Positions 9,039-18,700 of a DNA stretch of 64,000 nucleotides are shown here, piece by piece. The notes under the pieces were generated by a model. It was not told the origin of the DNA. It ran no database searches and saw nothing but the letters and a program-made list of their open reading frames with translations. Position numbers and translations under genes: made by a program. The stretch is from Prevotella sp. GTDB lineage: Bacteria; Bacteroidota; Bacteroidia; Bacteroidales; Bacteroidaceae. Position 1 is the stretch's first letter. Each line of letters begins with the position of its first letter. Where the stretch lies: assembly GCA_017470345.1 (NCBI GenBank), contig JAFUEP010000010.1, forward strand, positions 16,799 through 80,798, read 5' to 3'.

Positions 9039-11036
9039 TCAGTTGCGATAAGCCGGGTTCTGATACTGTATGCGCTCCTCGTCGGTCATCTCGAAGGCGT
9101 CGATGGTGGTGCTGGGGATGGGGCGCAGGTAGTAACCGTTGGGAATGTCGCGCTTGACGGTCTCGGGCGTCCAGTCGGTGTTCTTCGAGCCGCAGATGCG
9201 GTAGGTGCCGGCCTTCTCGGCCCAGGTCTGCGTGCGGGTGAGGTCGAACCAGCGGAAGCCTTCGCCGAAGAGCTCGCGCATGCGCTCATCCAGCACGTAG
9301 TCGATGGTGATCGTGGCGGGCGTCTCAGCGGTCAGGTCGGCGCTGTAGTCGCGGACGTAGGGCTCGCAGTACTCCGTGTCGCCATTGACCTTGTGGGTCC
9401 ACTTGCCGGCACGTGCACGCAGCACGTTGAGCAGCTCGCGGGCTGAGAATCCGCTCTTGGTCGTGGCACCCTTGACGGCTGCCTCGGCTCCGATGAGATA
9501 GAACTCCGAGAACTTGGCGATGTTGAACGGACGTGCGATGGGGCCGTTGGGCGATCCCAGCTGGCGCTGACCCGTCGACGAGATGTTCTCCAGGGGATAC
9601 ATGCCGAGCTTGTAGGGTCCGGGGAAACGCAGGCGGCTGATGGCCTCGGGGTTGATGACAAACTCCTTGTAGCCATTGAGGTTGCCGGCGCCCACCTGGC
9701 CGTTCTTGCGGGCCGTCGTGGAGTAGGTCACGGGCGTGGCGGGCTCCTCGTCGAGGAATCGCAGCACGACTTCGCCCGGATAGATGGGCTGGTCCTTATA
9801 GCCGTAGACGAACTTCACGTTGGGGTTGTTGCCGATGTCCCAGTTGGCATGGTAGACGGTGGTGAAGGTGGCGTCGTAGCGCGAGTCCTTCGACTTGTCG
9901 CCGAAGTTCTCGATGGCGTCGATGCAGGGAGCCATGCGGATCCAGGGGCGGCCCAGGGGCTGGATGGCCTCACGCTGCACGGGGTTGATCCATCCGTCCT
10001 CCTCGCTCTCCATCTGGATGTTGGGATAGTTCCAGTTGGCCATCCATCCGGCGAAGTTGTCGGGCGACGAGCCGCCGGCGTAGCCCCACGACGAGCCGCT
10101 CTCGGTCATGCCGCTGAACTGGGCGCTCTCGGTGGTGTGGTCGGCCATGAGCAGGATCTCCTGATTGCGGTCGTTGGTGTAGCGCGTCACGTCGTAGTAG
10201 GTCTCGCAGAGGCCGAAGGCGCCGGGATTCTGGATGGCCTCGACGGCGAGGTCGTAGGCCTGCTGGAAGTACCAGGCTGCGTTATGACCGTCGGGATCGG
10301 TGCGGTCGCACTCGGGGTAGGTCGGAATCTGCTTGGGATTCTCCAGCCACCAGCCGTAGGTCAGGTAGGCCTCGGCCAGGAACTTGCGGGCCGTGTTCTT
10401 CGCGGCAGCTCCCGTGGCGCGCGGGGCGTCGGGCAGATCCTGTACAGCCTTGACGAGGTCGGGGAAGATGGCGCGGGTGTAGACCTCGGGCACCGTGTTG
10501 CGCACCGATGTCCGCGACGGGGTGGCGTTGAACTTCAGTTCGCCTGAGCCGAAGTCGAGGGGCACGCCGCCGAAGGTGCGCACCAGGTTGAAGTAATAGA
10601 ATGCGCGGAAGAAGTAGGCCTCGGCAATCTTGCTCTCGGCCACGTCGCCCTCCTCGGCATTCTCGATGATGCCGTTGACGGTGTTGATGAATGTGAACGT
10701 GTTGTTCCACAGCACGTCGCTGCGGCTGCTCGACGCCGTCAGCGAGCCGGCGCCCGAGAGGTCGGCGTCCTTGAAGTTGCCGTCGGCCGACTGTCCGTAG
10801 GTGTATTCGTCGGTGCCCGTCTCGCAGATGTTCAGGAAGTAGCCGTTGCCGTAGACGTTGCGCAGGTTGGCATAGAGCGAGGCCAGTCCGCCCTCGATGC
10901 CCTTGTCGGTCTTGAAGAAGCCGGGCTCATAGATGGTGCGGGGCTGCTCGTCGAGCACGTCGGAGCAGCTGCTGAGTGCTGCGGTGAATCCGCAGCCGGC
11001 TGCCATCACTAATAATGCTTGATATATTGTCTTCAT
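9039..11036 (-). CDS. SusD/RagB family lipoprotein
   Basis: Lipobox LSSC; AEAYFFRAFYYFNLVRTFGGVP; ERMRELFGEGFRWFDLTR; terminal QNPAY. Confidence 0.95.
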   Translation of the reverse strand: MKTIYQALLVMAAGCGFTAALSSCSDVLDEQPRTIYEPGFFKTDKGIEGGLASLYANLRNVYGNGYFLNICETGTDEYTYGQSADGNFKDADLSGAGSLTASSSRSDVLWNNTFTFINTVNGIIENAEEGDVAESKIAEAYFFRAFYYFNLVRTFGGVPLDFGSGELKFNATPSRTSVRNTVPEVYTRAIFPDLVKAVQDLPDAPRATGAAAKNTARKFLAEAYLTYGWWLENPKQIPTYPECDRTDPDGHNAAWYFQQAYDLAVEAIQNPGAFGLCETYYDVTRYTNDRNQEILLMADHTTESAQFSGMTESGSSWGYAGGSSPDNFAGWMANWNYPNIQMESEEDGWINPVQREAIQPLGRPWIRMAPCIDAIENFGDKSKDSRYDATFTTVYHANWDIGNNPNVKFVYGYKDQPIYPGEVVLRFLDEEPATPVTYSTTARKNGQVGAGNLNGYKEFVINPEAISRLRFPGPYKLGMYPLENISSTGQRQLGSPNGPIARPFNIAKFSEFYLIGAEAAVKGATTKSGFSARELLNVLRARAGKWTHKVNGDTEYCEPYVRDYSADLTAETPATITIDYVLDERMRELFGEGFRWFDLTRTQTWAEKAGTYRICGSKNTDWTPETVKRDIPNGYYLRPIPSTTIDAFEMTDEERIQYQNPAYRN

Positions 11037-11048
11037 AATCGTGTGCTG

Positions 11049-14000
11049 TTAAAATGTTAAGTTAATACCGAACAGGAAGTTGCGTGTCGACGGCGTGTTG
11101 TAGCCGATGACGGGAATCTTGTGGGCACCCTTGTAGCCGTCCATCGTGACGGCCATTGTGCCGCCGTTGTCCGACAGCGTGTTGGTCTCCGGGTCGAGAC
11201 CGCACTCGTTGGTGTAGGGCGAGAAGAGCACGAAGGGGTTCTGCACCGTGGCGTAGGCCCGCAGACGGTCGATGCCGAAGCGCTTCAGGTCGAAGGTGTA
11301 GCCCAAGGTGATGGTGCGCACCTTCAGGTAGCCGGCGTCGAAGTAGCCGAGCGTCGAGCCGTAGATGGGGTTGTCGTTCTGCGACATGCCGCCTGGCTTC
11401 GGGTATTTGGCACCGGTGTTCTCCTCGGTCCAGTAGTCCACGTCGATCTGTCCGCGGCGTCCGCTGAGCATGTTCAGGTAGCCGTTCGACGAGTGGAGGG
11501 TCGAGATGAGCTTGCCGCCCACCTGGAAGGCGCCGATGACGCTCAGGTCGAAGCCGCGCCAGCCGACGGTGGTCGAGAATCCGCCCATGAGGTCGGGCTC
11601 CATGTCCATCACCTGCCGGTCGTCGGTGTTGATCTGTCGTGTGGGCAGTCCGTTCTCGTCGTAATCGCCCGTGTATTCCACCTTGATCATACCCACGTTG
11701 CCGCCCGGCTCGAGGATGTTGAGCAGTTCCTCCTCGCCCTGCTGCCAGAGGCCGATGTTCTTGTAGTCATAGATGACGTCGATGGGATGGCCGACGAACC
11801 AGCGGTTCGAGACATCCTGCTCAGCGCCGGAGGCTAGTTCGACCAGCTCGTTGCGGTTGGCATAGAGGTTGAGGCCGACTTCCCAGTTCCATCCCTTGTA
11901 GTTGTCGAGGATGACGCCGTTGACGGAGAACTCGAAGCCCTTGTTGCGCGTCTTGCCCACGTTGGCCATGTAGCTGCCGACGCCCGACGTCGGTGGCAGG
12001 TTGACCGAGAGCAGCAGGTCGTGCGTGTTCTGGATGTAGTATTCCAGCGTACCGTAGAGTCGGCCGTTGAACAGCGAGTAGTCCAGACCGAAGTTCCATG
12101 TCGAGGAGTACTCCCAGCCCAGCTCGGTGTTAGGCAGCGTCGAGACGTAGTAGCCCGTCAGCATGCTCGTGCCCATGTTGGTGTACTTCGTCGAGAGGGC
12201 GCCGAGGGTGGAGTAGGGGTCGATGCTCTGGTTCGACGTCTCGCCGTAGCCGACGCGCAGCTTCAGGTTGTCGAGCCATGTGAGGGGCTGCATGAAGCTT
12301 TCGCGGGCGATGTTCCAACCGGCTGAGATGGCCGGGTAGGTGTGCCACTGGTGGCCCTTGGCCAGACGTGATGAGGCGTCGCTTCGGAAAGCCACCGACA
12401 GCATGTACTTATTATCATAGGTGTAGATGGCGCGTCCCATCCACGACATCAGTCCGCTCTGCCAGTAGTTCTGGTAGGCCGGGTTGACGGTGAGGTCCTG
12501 CTGTGCGGCACCTATATTATAATACTGGAAGTACTCGGCGGGAATGTCGCGGCCCGACATGTGGTTCTGCTCGTAGAAGGTGCGCTCCGTGGAGTAGAGG
12601 CCTGTCACGTTGAGGTGGTGCTTCTCGGCAAAGGTGCGGTCGAAGGTGAGGATGTTCTCCACGGCCCAGTTCTTTGTCGTGGTCTGCTGCACCGAGGCCG
12701 AGTTGGGCTCGTTGGCGTTCGACGAACCGATGCCGGTGCCGGTGAAGGCACCCGTCTTCGACGAACGGTAGTTCAGACCGATGTTGATGCGATAGCTCAG
12801 ACCCTCGACCCAGGGGCACTTCACCTCACCGAACAGCGTGTTGTAGGAGCCGATGCCCTTGTTCTCGTTGAGATAGCTGTCCTCGAGCTGCTGCAGACGG
12901 CCTTTGGTCCATACGTACTGTCCGCCGTCGATAGGCATGTCGACCGTGCGCTTGAGCTCGCCGTTAGCGTCGTAGGGATTGATCATCGGGGTCTTCGACA
13001 GCACGCCGTAGACGCTGACGTTCGAGCCCTTCGTCTCGCGGTAGCTCGTGTTGGTGGAGAGTCCGAAGCGCAGGTATTCGCCGACCATCTGGTCGAAGTT
13101 GCCGCGGATGCTATAGCGGTCGTAGCCCTGTGTGGGGATGACGGCCTCGTCGTGGTAGTATCCGGCGCCGAAGCTGTAGCTGCCGCCGTTGCTTCCTCCG
13201 CTGACGCTGACGTCGTGGCTCTGCGTGACGCCCGTCTGATAGAAGAGGTCCTGCCAGTCGGTGTCGACGTTCTCGTCCTCGTCGAGCGAGTTGTTGTAGA
13301 GTCCGGCATACTTACGCATCTTCATGTACTGCTCCGTGTTCATCATCGGATATTTGTGGAACACCTTCTTGAAGCCGATGTAGGCGTTGTAGTTCACCTT
13401 GGCCGGCTGCCCCATGGCACCCTTGTGAGTGGTGATGATGATCACGCCGTTGGCACCGCGCGAACCATAGATAGCCGTGGCCGAGGCGTCCTTCAGGATG
13501 TCCATCGACTTGATGTCGGCCGGGTTGATGTCGCTCAGCTGACCCATGAAGGGCACGCCGTCGAGCACGATGAGCGGGTCGTTGCTGGCGTTGAGCGAGC
13601 GCTGTCCGCGGATGCGGATCTGCATCTCGGCACCCGGCTGCGACGAGGTCTGCTGCATCAGCACGCCGGCCACGCGGCCCTGCAGGGCCTGAGCGGCGTT
13701 GGTGGCAGCAATCTGGTTGAGCTTCTCGCCGCCGATGTTGGCCACCGATCCGGTGACCGTCTCACGGCGCTGCGAGCCGTAGCCGATGACCACCACCTCG
13801 TTGATGTTGTGGCCTTCCTCCTTCAGCACGATGTTCAGGTCGCTGCCGGCTCTGACCTCTTGCGTGACGTAGCCCATGTAGCTGACCACGAGCGTGGCTC
13901 CGCTGGGCACGTCGATGCTGAACCGGCCGTTGAGGTCGGTCACCACGCCGTTGCCGCGCGAACCCTTCTCCATCACGGTGGCACCCATCAGCGGTCCCAT

Positions 14001-14147
14001 GGAGTCGCTGACACGTCCCGTCACTTTTCTTGCCTGATCGACCGCCATGGTTTCGTTCGTGGCTGCCGAGGCCTGCGTGGTGGACAGTAGCCCTACGAGG
14101 GCGCACAGTCCTACGCATAGGATAGTCTTTTTCAGGTTCAATTTCAT
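11049..14147 (-). CDS. SusC/RagA family TonB-dependent transporter
   Basis: EVVVIGYG; plug motif ILKDASATAIYGSRGANGVIIITT; terminal FGINLTF. Confidence 0.97.
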   Translation of the reverse strand: MKLNLKKTILCVGLCALVGLLSTTQASAATNETMAVDQARKVTGRVSDSMGPLMGATVMEKGSRGNGVVTDLNGRFSIDVPSGATLVVSYMGYVTQEVRAGSDLNIVLKEEGHNINEVVVIGYGSQRRETVTGSVANIGGEKLNQIAATNAAQALQGRVAGVLMQQTSSQPGAEMQIRIRGQRSLNASNDPLIVLDGVPFMGQLSDINPADIKSMDILKDASATAIYGSRGANGVIIITTHKGAMGQPAKVNYNAYIGFKKVFHKYPMMNTEQYMKMRKYAGLYNNSLDEDENVDTDWQDLFYQTGVTQSHDVSVSGGSNGGSYSFGAGYYHDEAVIPTQGYDRYSIRGNFDQMVGEYLRFGLSTNTSYRETKGSNVSVYGVLSKTPMINPYDANGELKRTVDMPIDGGQYVWTKGRLQQLEDSYLNENKGIGSYNTLFGEVKCPWVEGLSYRINIGLNYRSSKTGAFTGTGIGSSNANEPNSASVQQTTTKNWAVENILTFDRTFAEKHHLNVTGLYSTERTFYEQNHMSGRDIPAEYFQYYNIGAAQQDLTVNPAYQNYWQSGLMSWMGRAIYTYDNKYMLSVAFRSDASSRLAKGHQWHTYPAISAGWNIARESFMQPLTWLDNLKLRVGYGETSNQSIDPYSTLGALSTKYTNMGTSMLTGYYVSTLPNTELGWEYSSTWNFGLDYSLFNGRLYGTLEYYIQNTHDLLLSVNLPPTSGVGSYMANVGKTRNKGFEFSVNGVILDNYKGWNWEVGLNLYANRNELVELASGAEQDVSNRWFVGHPIDVIYDYKNIGLWQQGEEELLNILEPGGNVGMIKVEYTGDYDENGLPTRQINTDDRQVMDMEPDLMGGFSTTVGWRGFDLSVIGAFQVGGKLISTLHSSNGYLNMLSGRRGQIDVDYWTEENTGAKYPKPGGMSQNDNPIYGSTLGYFDAGYLKVRTITLGYTFDLKRFGIDRLRAYATVQNPFVLFSPYTNECGLDPETNTLSDNGGTMAVTMDGYKGAHKIPVIGYNTPSTRNFLFGINLTF

Positions 14148-14216
14148 AATGTTTGCCTCTTGTTTAAAAAAAGTAATTAGTTAGTTGATTGATAATAAAA
14201 GTCGCGATTTCGACTG

Positions 14217-14224
14217 CAAATATA
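14217..14224 (-). promoter_or_regulatory. Bacteroidota -7 element (TATATTTG) for the PUL
   Basis: TAnnTTTG about 70 bp upstream of the susC start. Confidence 0.6.
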
Positions 14225-14348
14225 GGTAGTATTATGAAATGTTTCGTTAATATTTGTATCAATTGTGTTTCTCAATTTCTCAAAGTCCCGAAAGTCCGTG
14301 TTTTTTGAAAGATAGGAAACGTGAGCAGAAAAGTCGGGCGCCGGAATC

Positions 14349-14399
14349 AAAAAACGGCGGTTTCATCGCATCGTGACTGCGATGAAACCGCTGTTTTTT
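14349..14399 (-). terminator. Intrinsic terminator after korB (possibly bidirectional)
   Basis: Stem aaaacggcggtttcatcgca / tgcgatgaaaccgctgtttt with A and T runs on both sides. Confidence 0.8.
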
Positions 14400-14420
14400 G
14401 TCGTTTTTCTTTATCTGAAG

Positions 14421-15428
14421 TTACTTCACTTCCCAGATGTCGTTTGTCTCAAGCAGCTCCATGAAGTTGTGATACTTCTTCTGGGCGGCGACGTCGGCCA
14501 GCTGCTGATGGACAGCCTCGTCGTAGGTCGGAGCCTTGACGTCGCGGATAACGCCCAGGGCGATGGGGAATCCGTCCTCGGGCGACATCATGGCCAGCTT
14601 CAGCTGCAGCGTGTTGTCCTCGCAGTGGGCGTCGTGGGTGAGCACGTCGTCGAGCGTGTAGCCGTCCTTGCCGATCTCGACGACCTTCAGTCCGAAGCCC
14701 TCCTGGACGAGTCCGAACTCCGAGTTCTCGCCGAACGTCAGCTTCTCGCCGTGGCGCACGTAGATGGCGTTCTTCTTGCGGCCCTCCTTGTTGTAGACGA
14801 TGTCGTGGCAGTGGTCGTTGAAGATGACGCAGTTCTGCAGCACCTCCGTGACGGCGGCGCCCTTGTGCGCATAGGCAGCCTTCAGCACGTCGACGGTGCC
14901 CTGGGCGTCGGTGGCCACGCAGCGGGCGAAGAAGTGTCCGCGGGCGCCGAAGCAGAGCTCTGCCGGGCGGAACGGGTCCTCGACGGTGCCGTAGGGGCTC
15001 GACTTCGAGACGAAGCCTCGTGGCGAGGTGGGCGAGTACTGGCCCTTGGTCAGTCCGTAGATGCGGTTGTTCAGCAGGATGACGTTGATGTCGATGTTGC
15101 GGCGCATGGCGTGGATGAAGTGGTTGCCGCCGATGGCCAGTCCGTCGCCGTCGCCGCTGACCTGCCATACCGTGAGCTTCGGGTTGACGACCTTGGCGCC
15201 CGTGGCGATGGCGGCAGCGCGGCCGTGGATGGTCTGCATGGCATACGTGTTGACATAATAGGGCAGACGGCTCGAACAGCCGATGCCGCTGATGACGGCC
15301 ATCTCGTGCGGGGCCACACCCGTCTCGGCCATGGCCTTATGCAGGGATGCCAGGAAGAAGTGGTCGCCACAGCCCGGACACCAGCGCGGCTGACCCTTCT
15401 TATAGTCTTGAAAACTGTAATTACTCAT
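14421..15428 (-). CDS. korB: 2-oxoacid:ferredoxin oxidoreductase beta subunit
   Basis: WCPGCG, SGIGCSSR, TPP motif GDGDGLAIGGNH...NNRIYGLTKGQYSPT. Confidence 0.93.
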   Translation of the reverse strand: MSNYSFQDYKKGQPRWCPGCGDHFFLASLHKAMAETGVAPHEMAVISGIGCSSRLPYYVNTYAMQTIHGRAAAIATGAKVVNPKLTVWQVSGDGDGLAIGGNHFIHAMRRNIDINVILLNNRIYGLTKGQYSPTSPRGFVSKSSPYGTVEDPFRPAELCFGARGHFFARCVATDAQGTVDVLKAAYAHKGAAVTEVLQNCVIFNDHCHDIVYNKEGRKKNAIYVRHGEKLTFGENSEFGLVQEGFGLKVVEIGKDGYTLDDVLTHDAHCEDNTLQLKLAMMSPEDGFPIALGVIRDVKAPTYDEAVHQQLADVAAQKKYHNFMELLETNDIWEVK

Positions 15429-15438
15429 ATTGAATTTA

Positions 15439-15650
15439 TTTTTCTACCACGAATTACTCGAATTAAACGAATTTTTTTTCTGTCACGGATTACTCGAATT
15501 AAACGAATTTTTTTCTGTCACGGATTATTCGAATTAAACGAATTTTTTTTCTGTCACGGATTATTCGAATTAAACGAATTTTTTTTCTGTCACGGATTAT
15601 TCGAATTAAACGAATTTTTTTCTGTCACGGATTATTCGAATTATTCGAAT
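15439..15650. repeat. Tandem array of six 33-36 bp units (ttttctgtcacggattattcgaattaaacgaa)
   Basis: Directly visible; units differ mainly in T-run length; no unique spacers. Confidence 0.95.
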
Positions 15651-16110
15651 TTTACTATCGGACTTCTCGAATTGCTCCACTAATTATTTCTTTTTAGCGA
15701 TGATATAGCGTTCGAACTTGAGCGACAATTCACCAAAATTAATAAGGAGAGCAACGTCTGCCTCAGCTACTTTTCCGTAATTGATGGCTTGAGACCTATG
15801 CATGTCCTCAAGTTCCTTGACGGCTTTCAGTTCTACCACAATCTTGTCAAAGCAGATGAAGTCGGGTTTGAAGGTTGATGAAAGTGTCTCGTTATGATAG
15901 ATAGCATGCAGTTCTGGTTCTCGCAGGAATGGGACGTTCCTTTTGCGTAACTCTATTTCGAGTGCATCTTGATATATTTTTTCTGTGAAGCCACATCCGA
16001 AAAAGCTGTGAACAGCCATGGCTGCACCAACTATTTCGTGCACTTCATTCCAAAATATCAGTTCACTACTCTGCATTGAAAAATTCGTTTAATTCGTTAA
16101 ATTCGTGGTT
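15446..16110. mobile_element. Putative GxxExxY cassette 1 bounded by inverted 9-bp-periodic repeats
   Basis: Left end accacgaattactcgaattaaacgaattt; right end (16081-16110) reverse complement aaccacgaatttaacgaattaaacgaattt; AT-rich; lies between korA and korB. Confidence 0.65.
15684..16076 (-). CDS. GxxExxY protein (PD-(D/E)XK-like putative nuclease)
   Basis: GCGFTEKIYQDAL, PDFIC...IVVELKAV, QAINY, LLINFG. Confidence 0.9.
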   Translation of the reverse strand: MQSSELIFWNEVHEIVGAAMAVHSFFGCGFTEKIYQDALEIELRKRNVPFLREPELHAIYHNETLSSTFKPDFICFDKIVVELKAVKELEDMHRSQAINYGKVAEADVALLINFGELSLKFERYIIAKKK

Positions 16111-16134
16111 GTTTGTTTATAATCTGAGTCGGAT

Positions 16135-18069
16135 TTATTGATTTAGTATTTCTTCGAAGTACTTAATTAAAGTGGAGGTTGAGAACGGTTGTCCCTTGAC
16201 CTCGTTGAACTGATAGGGCACGAAGCCGTCGACGCGAGAGCGGAGGTAGGCGGCGAGCTGCCCGAGGTTCTGCTCGGCGACCACCACCTTCTTGTAGCGC
16301 AGCAGCACGTCGGCCGTGTTGCGGGGCAGCGGGTTGATGAAGCGCAGCTGGGCGTGAGCCACCTTCTTGCCGCGGGCGCGGAGCTCCTCCATGGCGGAGT
16401 GCAGATGGCCGTGGGTGGAGCCGAAGCCCACGATGAGCAGGTCGGCGTCGTCCACGTCGCCCTCCACCTCGAGGTCGGGCACCGGTATGCGTGCCACCTT
16501 CTCAGCGCGCAGCCGGCACATCTCGTCGTGCACCTCCGGGTCGGTCGAGATGGCGCCCGTGCGGCCGTCCTTCTCCAGTCCGCCGAGGATGTGCGTGTAG
16601 CCCTCCTGTCCGGGGATGGCCCAGTAGCGCACCTTCGACTCCTCGTCGCGGAAGTATGGCGTGTAGTGGTCCTTCATCTCCGGCGTGGCGTAGTGCGGCC
16701 GTATCTCCGTCAGCTCGTCCATCGAGGCCGGCAGGCGGAAGGCGCCCGAGCCGTTGGCGATGAAGGCGTCGGTCAGCAGGACGACGGGCGTCAGGTGCTC
16801 CAGGGCTATCTTGGCGGCGTCCATGGCGGCATAGAAGCAGTCGGTGGGGCTCAGTGCAGCGATGACGGGCATGGGGCTCTCGCCGTTGCGTCCGTAGAGC
16901 GCCTGCAGCAGGTCGGTCTGCTCGCTCTTCGTGGGCAGACCCGTCGAGGGACCGCCGCGCTGCACGTCGACGATGATGAGGGGCAACTCGTCGATGACGG
17001 CCAGGTTCATGGCCTCCGACTTCAGGCAGACGCCCGGGCCCGAGGTGCTTGTCACGGCCAGTGCGCCGGCGAACGAGGCTCCGATGGCTGAGGCAGCGCC
17101 GCTGATCTCGTCCTCGCACTGCACGGTGATGACGCCCATCGACTTATGCTTGGCCAGCTCGTGCAGGATGTCGGTGGCCGGCGTGATGGGGTAGGAGCCG
17201 AGGAAGAGGCGCAGTCCGGCGCGCTCGGCGGCAGCCATCAGTCCGTAGGCCGTGGCCTTGTTGCCGGTGATGTCCATGTAGCGTCCGGGCACCTTGTGCT
17301 TCGACTCGATGCGATACGTGGCGGGCACGCTCGAGTGCGTGTTGTGGCCATAGTCGAATCCGGCCTGCACCACGCGGATGTTAGCCTCGGCCACGGCCGG
17401 CTTCTTGGCGAACTTCTCGCGCAGGAAGTTGTTGACCAGCTCCAGGTCGCGGTTGAACAGCCAGCAGACCAGTCCCAGGGCGAACATGTTTCTGGTCTTC
17501 AACACAGTCTTCATATCCAGAGCCCCCCCTACGGCCCCCGAGGGGGCTTCTATAGTTTTGGAGGCAGAAGAAGCTGAAGTGTCCCCCTCGGGGGACGAAA
17601 GGGGGGCTTTCATCAGTGCCTCCTTCACCATCGTCGTCAGCGGGCACTGGATGACGCGGTCCGGGTCGACGCCCATCTCGCCGAGGTAGTCCTCGCTCTT
17701 GAACTGAGCCTTCTCCAGGTCCTTCGGGCCGAACGAGTCGGTGTCGATGATGATCGTGGCCTGCGGCTTGGCGTAGCGCAGCTGCGTCTTCAGTGCGGCG
17801 GCGTTCATCGCCACCAGCACGTCGCAGAGGTCGCCCGGTGTGTAGACCTTCTCGGCGCCGATGTGCACCTGGAATCCGGATACGCCCGTCAGCGACCCTT
17901 GCGGGGCGCGGATGTCGGCCGGATAGTCAGGGAAAGTAGAGATGCCGTTGCCCACTGTTGCAGACACGGTAGAGAAAATGTTTCCGGCCAGCTGCATGCC
18001 GTCGCCAGAATCACCAGAGAATCGCACGACCACCTGGTCGAGCTCTTTCACTTGCAATTGTTCTGCCAT
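16135..18069 (-). CDS. korA: 2-oxoacid:acceptor oxidoreductase alpha subunit, with in-frame palindromic insertion
   Basis: FSGDSGDGMQLAG, GSYPITPAT, TSTSGPG, DVQRGGPSTGLPT. Confidence 0.93.
   Translation of the reverse strand: MAEQLQVKELDQVVVRFSGDSGDGMQLAGNIFSTVSATVGNGISTFPDYPADIRAPQGSLTGVSGFQVHIGAEKVYTPGDLCDVLVAMNAAALKTQLRYAKPQATIIIDTDSFGPKDLEKAQFKSEDYLGEMGVDPDRVIQCPLTTMVKEALMKAPLSSPEGDTSASSASKTIEAPSGAVGGALDMKTVLKTRNMFALGLVCWLFNRDLELVNNFLREKFAKKPAVAEANIRVVQAGFDYGHNTHSSVPATYRIESKHKVPGRYMDITGNKATAYGLMAAAERAGLRLFLGSYPITPATDILHELAKHKSMGVITVQCEDEISGAASAIGASFAGALAVTSTSGPGVCLKSEAMNLAVIDELPLIIVDVQRGGPSTGLPTKSEQTDLLQALYGRNGESPMPVIAALSPTDCFYAAMDAAKIALEHLTPVVLLTDAFIANGSGAFRLPASMDELTEIRPHYATPEMKDHYTPYFRDEESKVRYWAIPGQEGYTHILGGLEKDGRTGAISTDPEVHDEMCRLRAEKVARIPVPDLEVEGDVDDADLLIVGFGSTHGHLHSAMEELRARGKKVAHAQLRFINPLPRNTADVLLRYKKVVVAEQNLGQLAAYLRSRVDGFVPYQFNEVKGQPFSTSTLIKYFEEILNQ
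17519..17610. repeat. G/C-run palindromic element, in-frame within korA
   Basis: agagcccccc...cccccgaggggg / ccccctcggggg...ggggggcttt; encodes KAPLSSPEGDTSASSASKTIEAPSGAVGGAL. Confidence 0.8.
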
Positions 18070-18336
18070 TACGTTTAGAATTTATTTTTAAGGTTATGAG
18101 ATTTCCGCCTGCAAAGTTCGGAAACTTTATCGAGACTACCAAAATTTTTCGCCACTAATTTCGTCCGCGACCCGCTTTTGCGTTTTTTATGCAGTCCATA
18201 TAAGCTGGTAGCTCTGTTCAGCGAATCGGAGAAACGAACCGCCTTCGGCGGGAAATTGATCAAAATTAAAAACAAAATTGAACAAAATGGCAAATTGAAA
18301 ACACAAGATGAAGAATTTTGAATTAATATTGATCAA

Positions 18337-18379
18337 TTTCTTGCGTCCCTTCGGTAGCAAGCGAGCAGAGCTCGAGCGC
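18337..18379 (+). repeat. 43-bp dispersed repeat, copy 1
   Basis: tttcttgcgtcccttcggtagcaagcgagcagagctcgagcgc is identical at 48562-48604; 24 bp inverted copy at 39383-39406. Confidence 0.9.
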
Positions 18380-18577
18380 CAGCCGAAGGCTGCCGTCTTT
18401 CCGATTCGCTCCTATATTACAAACTTGTAATTTCCCGTTTTGCTGGGGAGCATGAGTCTCCCGGGGTGAACTGAATATTTACAATCCCGATTGGAAATGT
18501 TAAATTGTGGCCAAACAGACCTTCGTGGACGGAGGGGCGATTCGGATAATATTTTACATCGGCGGGGCCGATTCGGG

Positions 18578-18700
18578 AAAAGTGGTGCTTTTCGCTTCAA
18601 GAAGCGGTGCTTCTCGAGTCGAAAAGCGGCACTTCTCTGCATAAAAAGCACCGCTTCTTTTTGGGGTGTTCTGTCTTGTACTGAAAATCAGGCAGTTATG
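18578..18700. repeat. 22-bp-period palindromic element, copy 2
   Basis: aagtggtgctt / aagcggtgctt / aagcggcactt / aagcaccgctt followed by ctgaaaatcaggcagttat. Confidence 0.8.

Noticed and set aside
15439-15650. CRISPR or TIGR-like guide array (36-bp periodicity)
   Set aside because: Units are contiguous and nearly identical with no unique spacers, and no cas or Nop-domain gene is in the window. Kept as a tandem repeat.
14373-15683. 436-aa plus-strand ORF with C-terminal CHGLFELNEFFF repeats
   Set aside because: Antisense shadow of korB reading through the tandem array; no independent coding signal.
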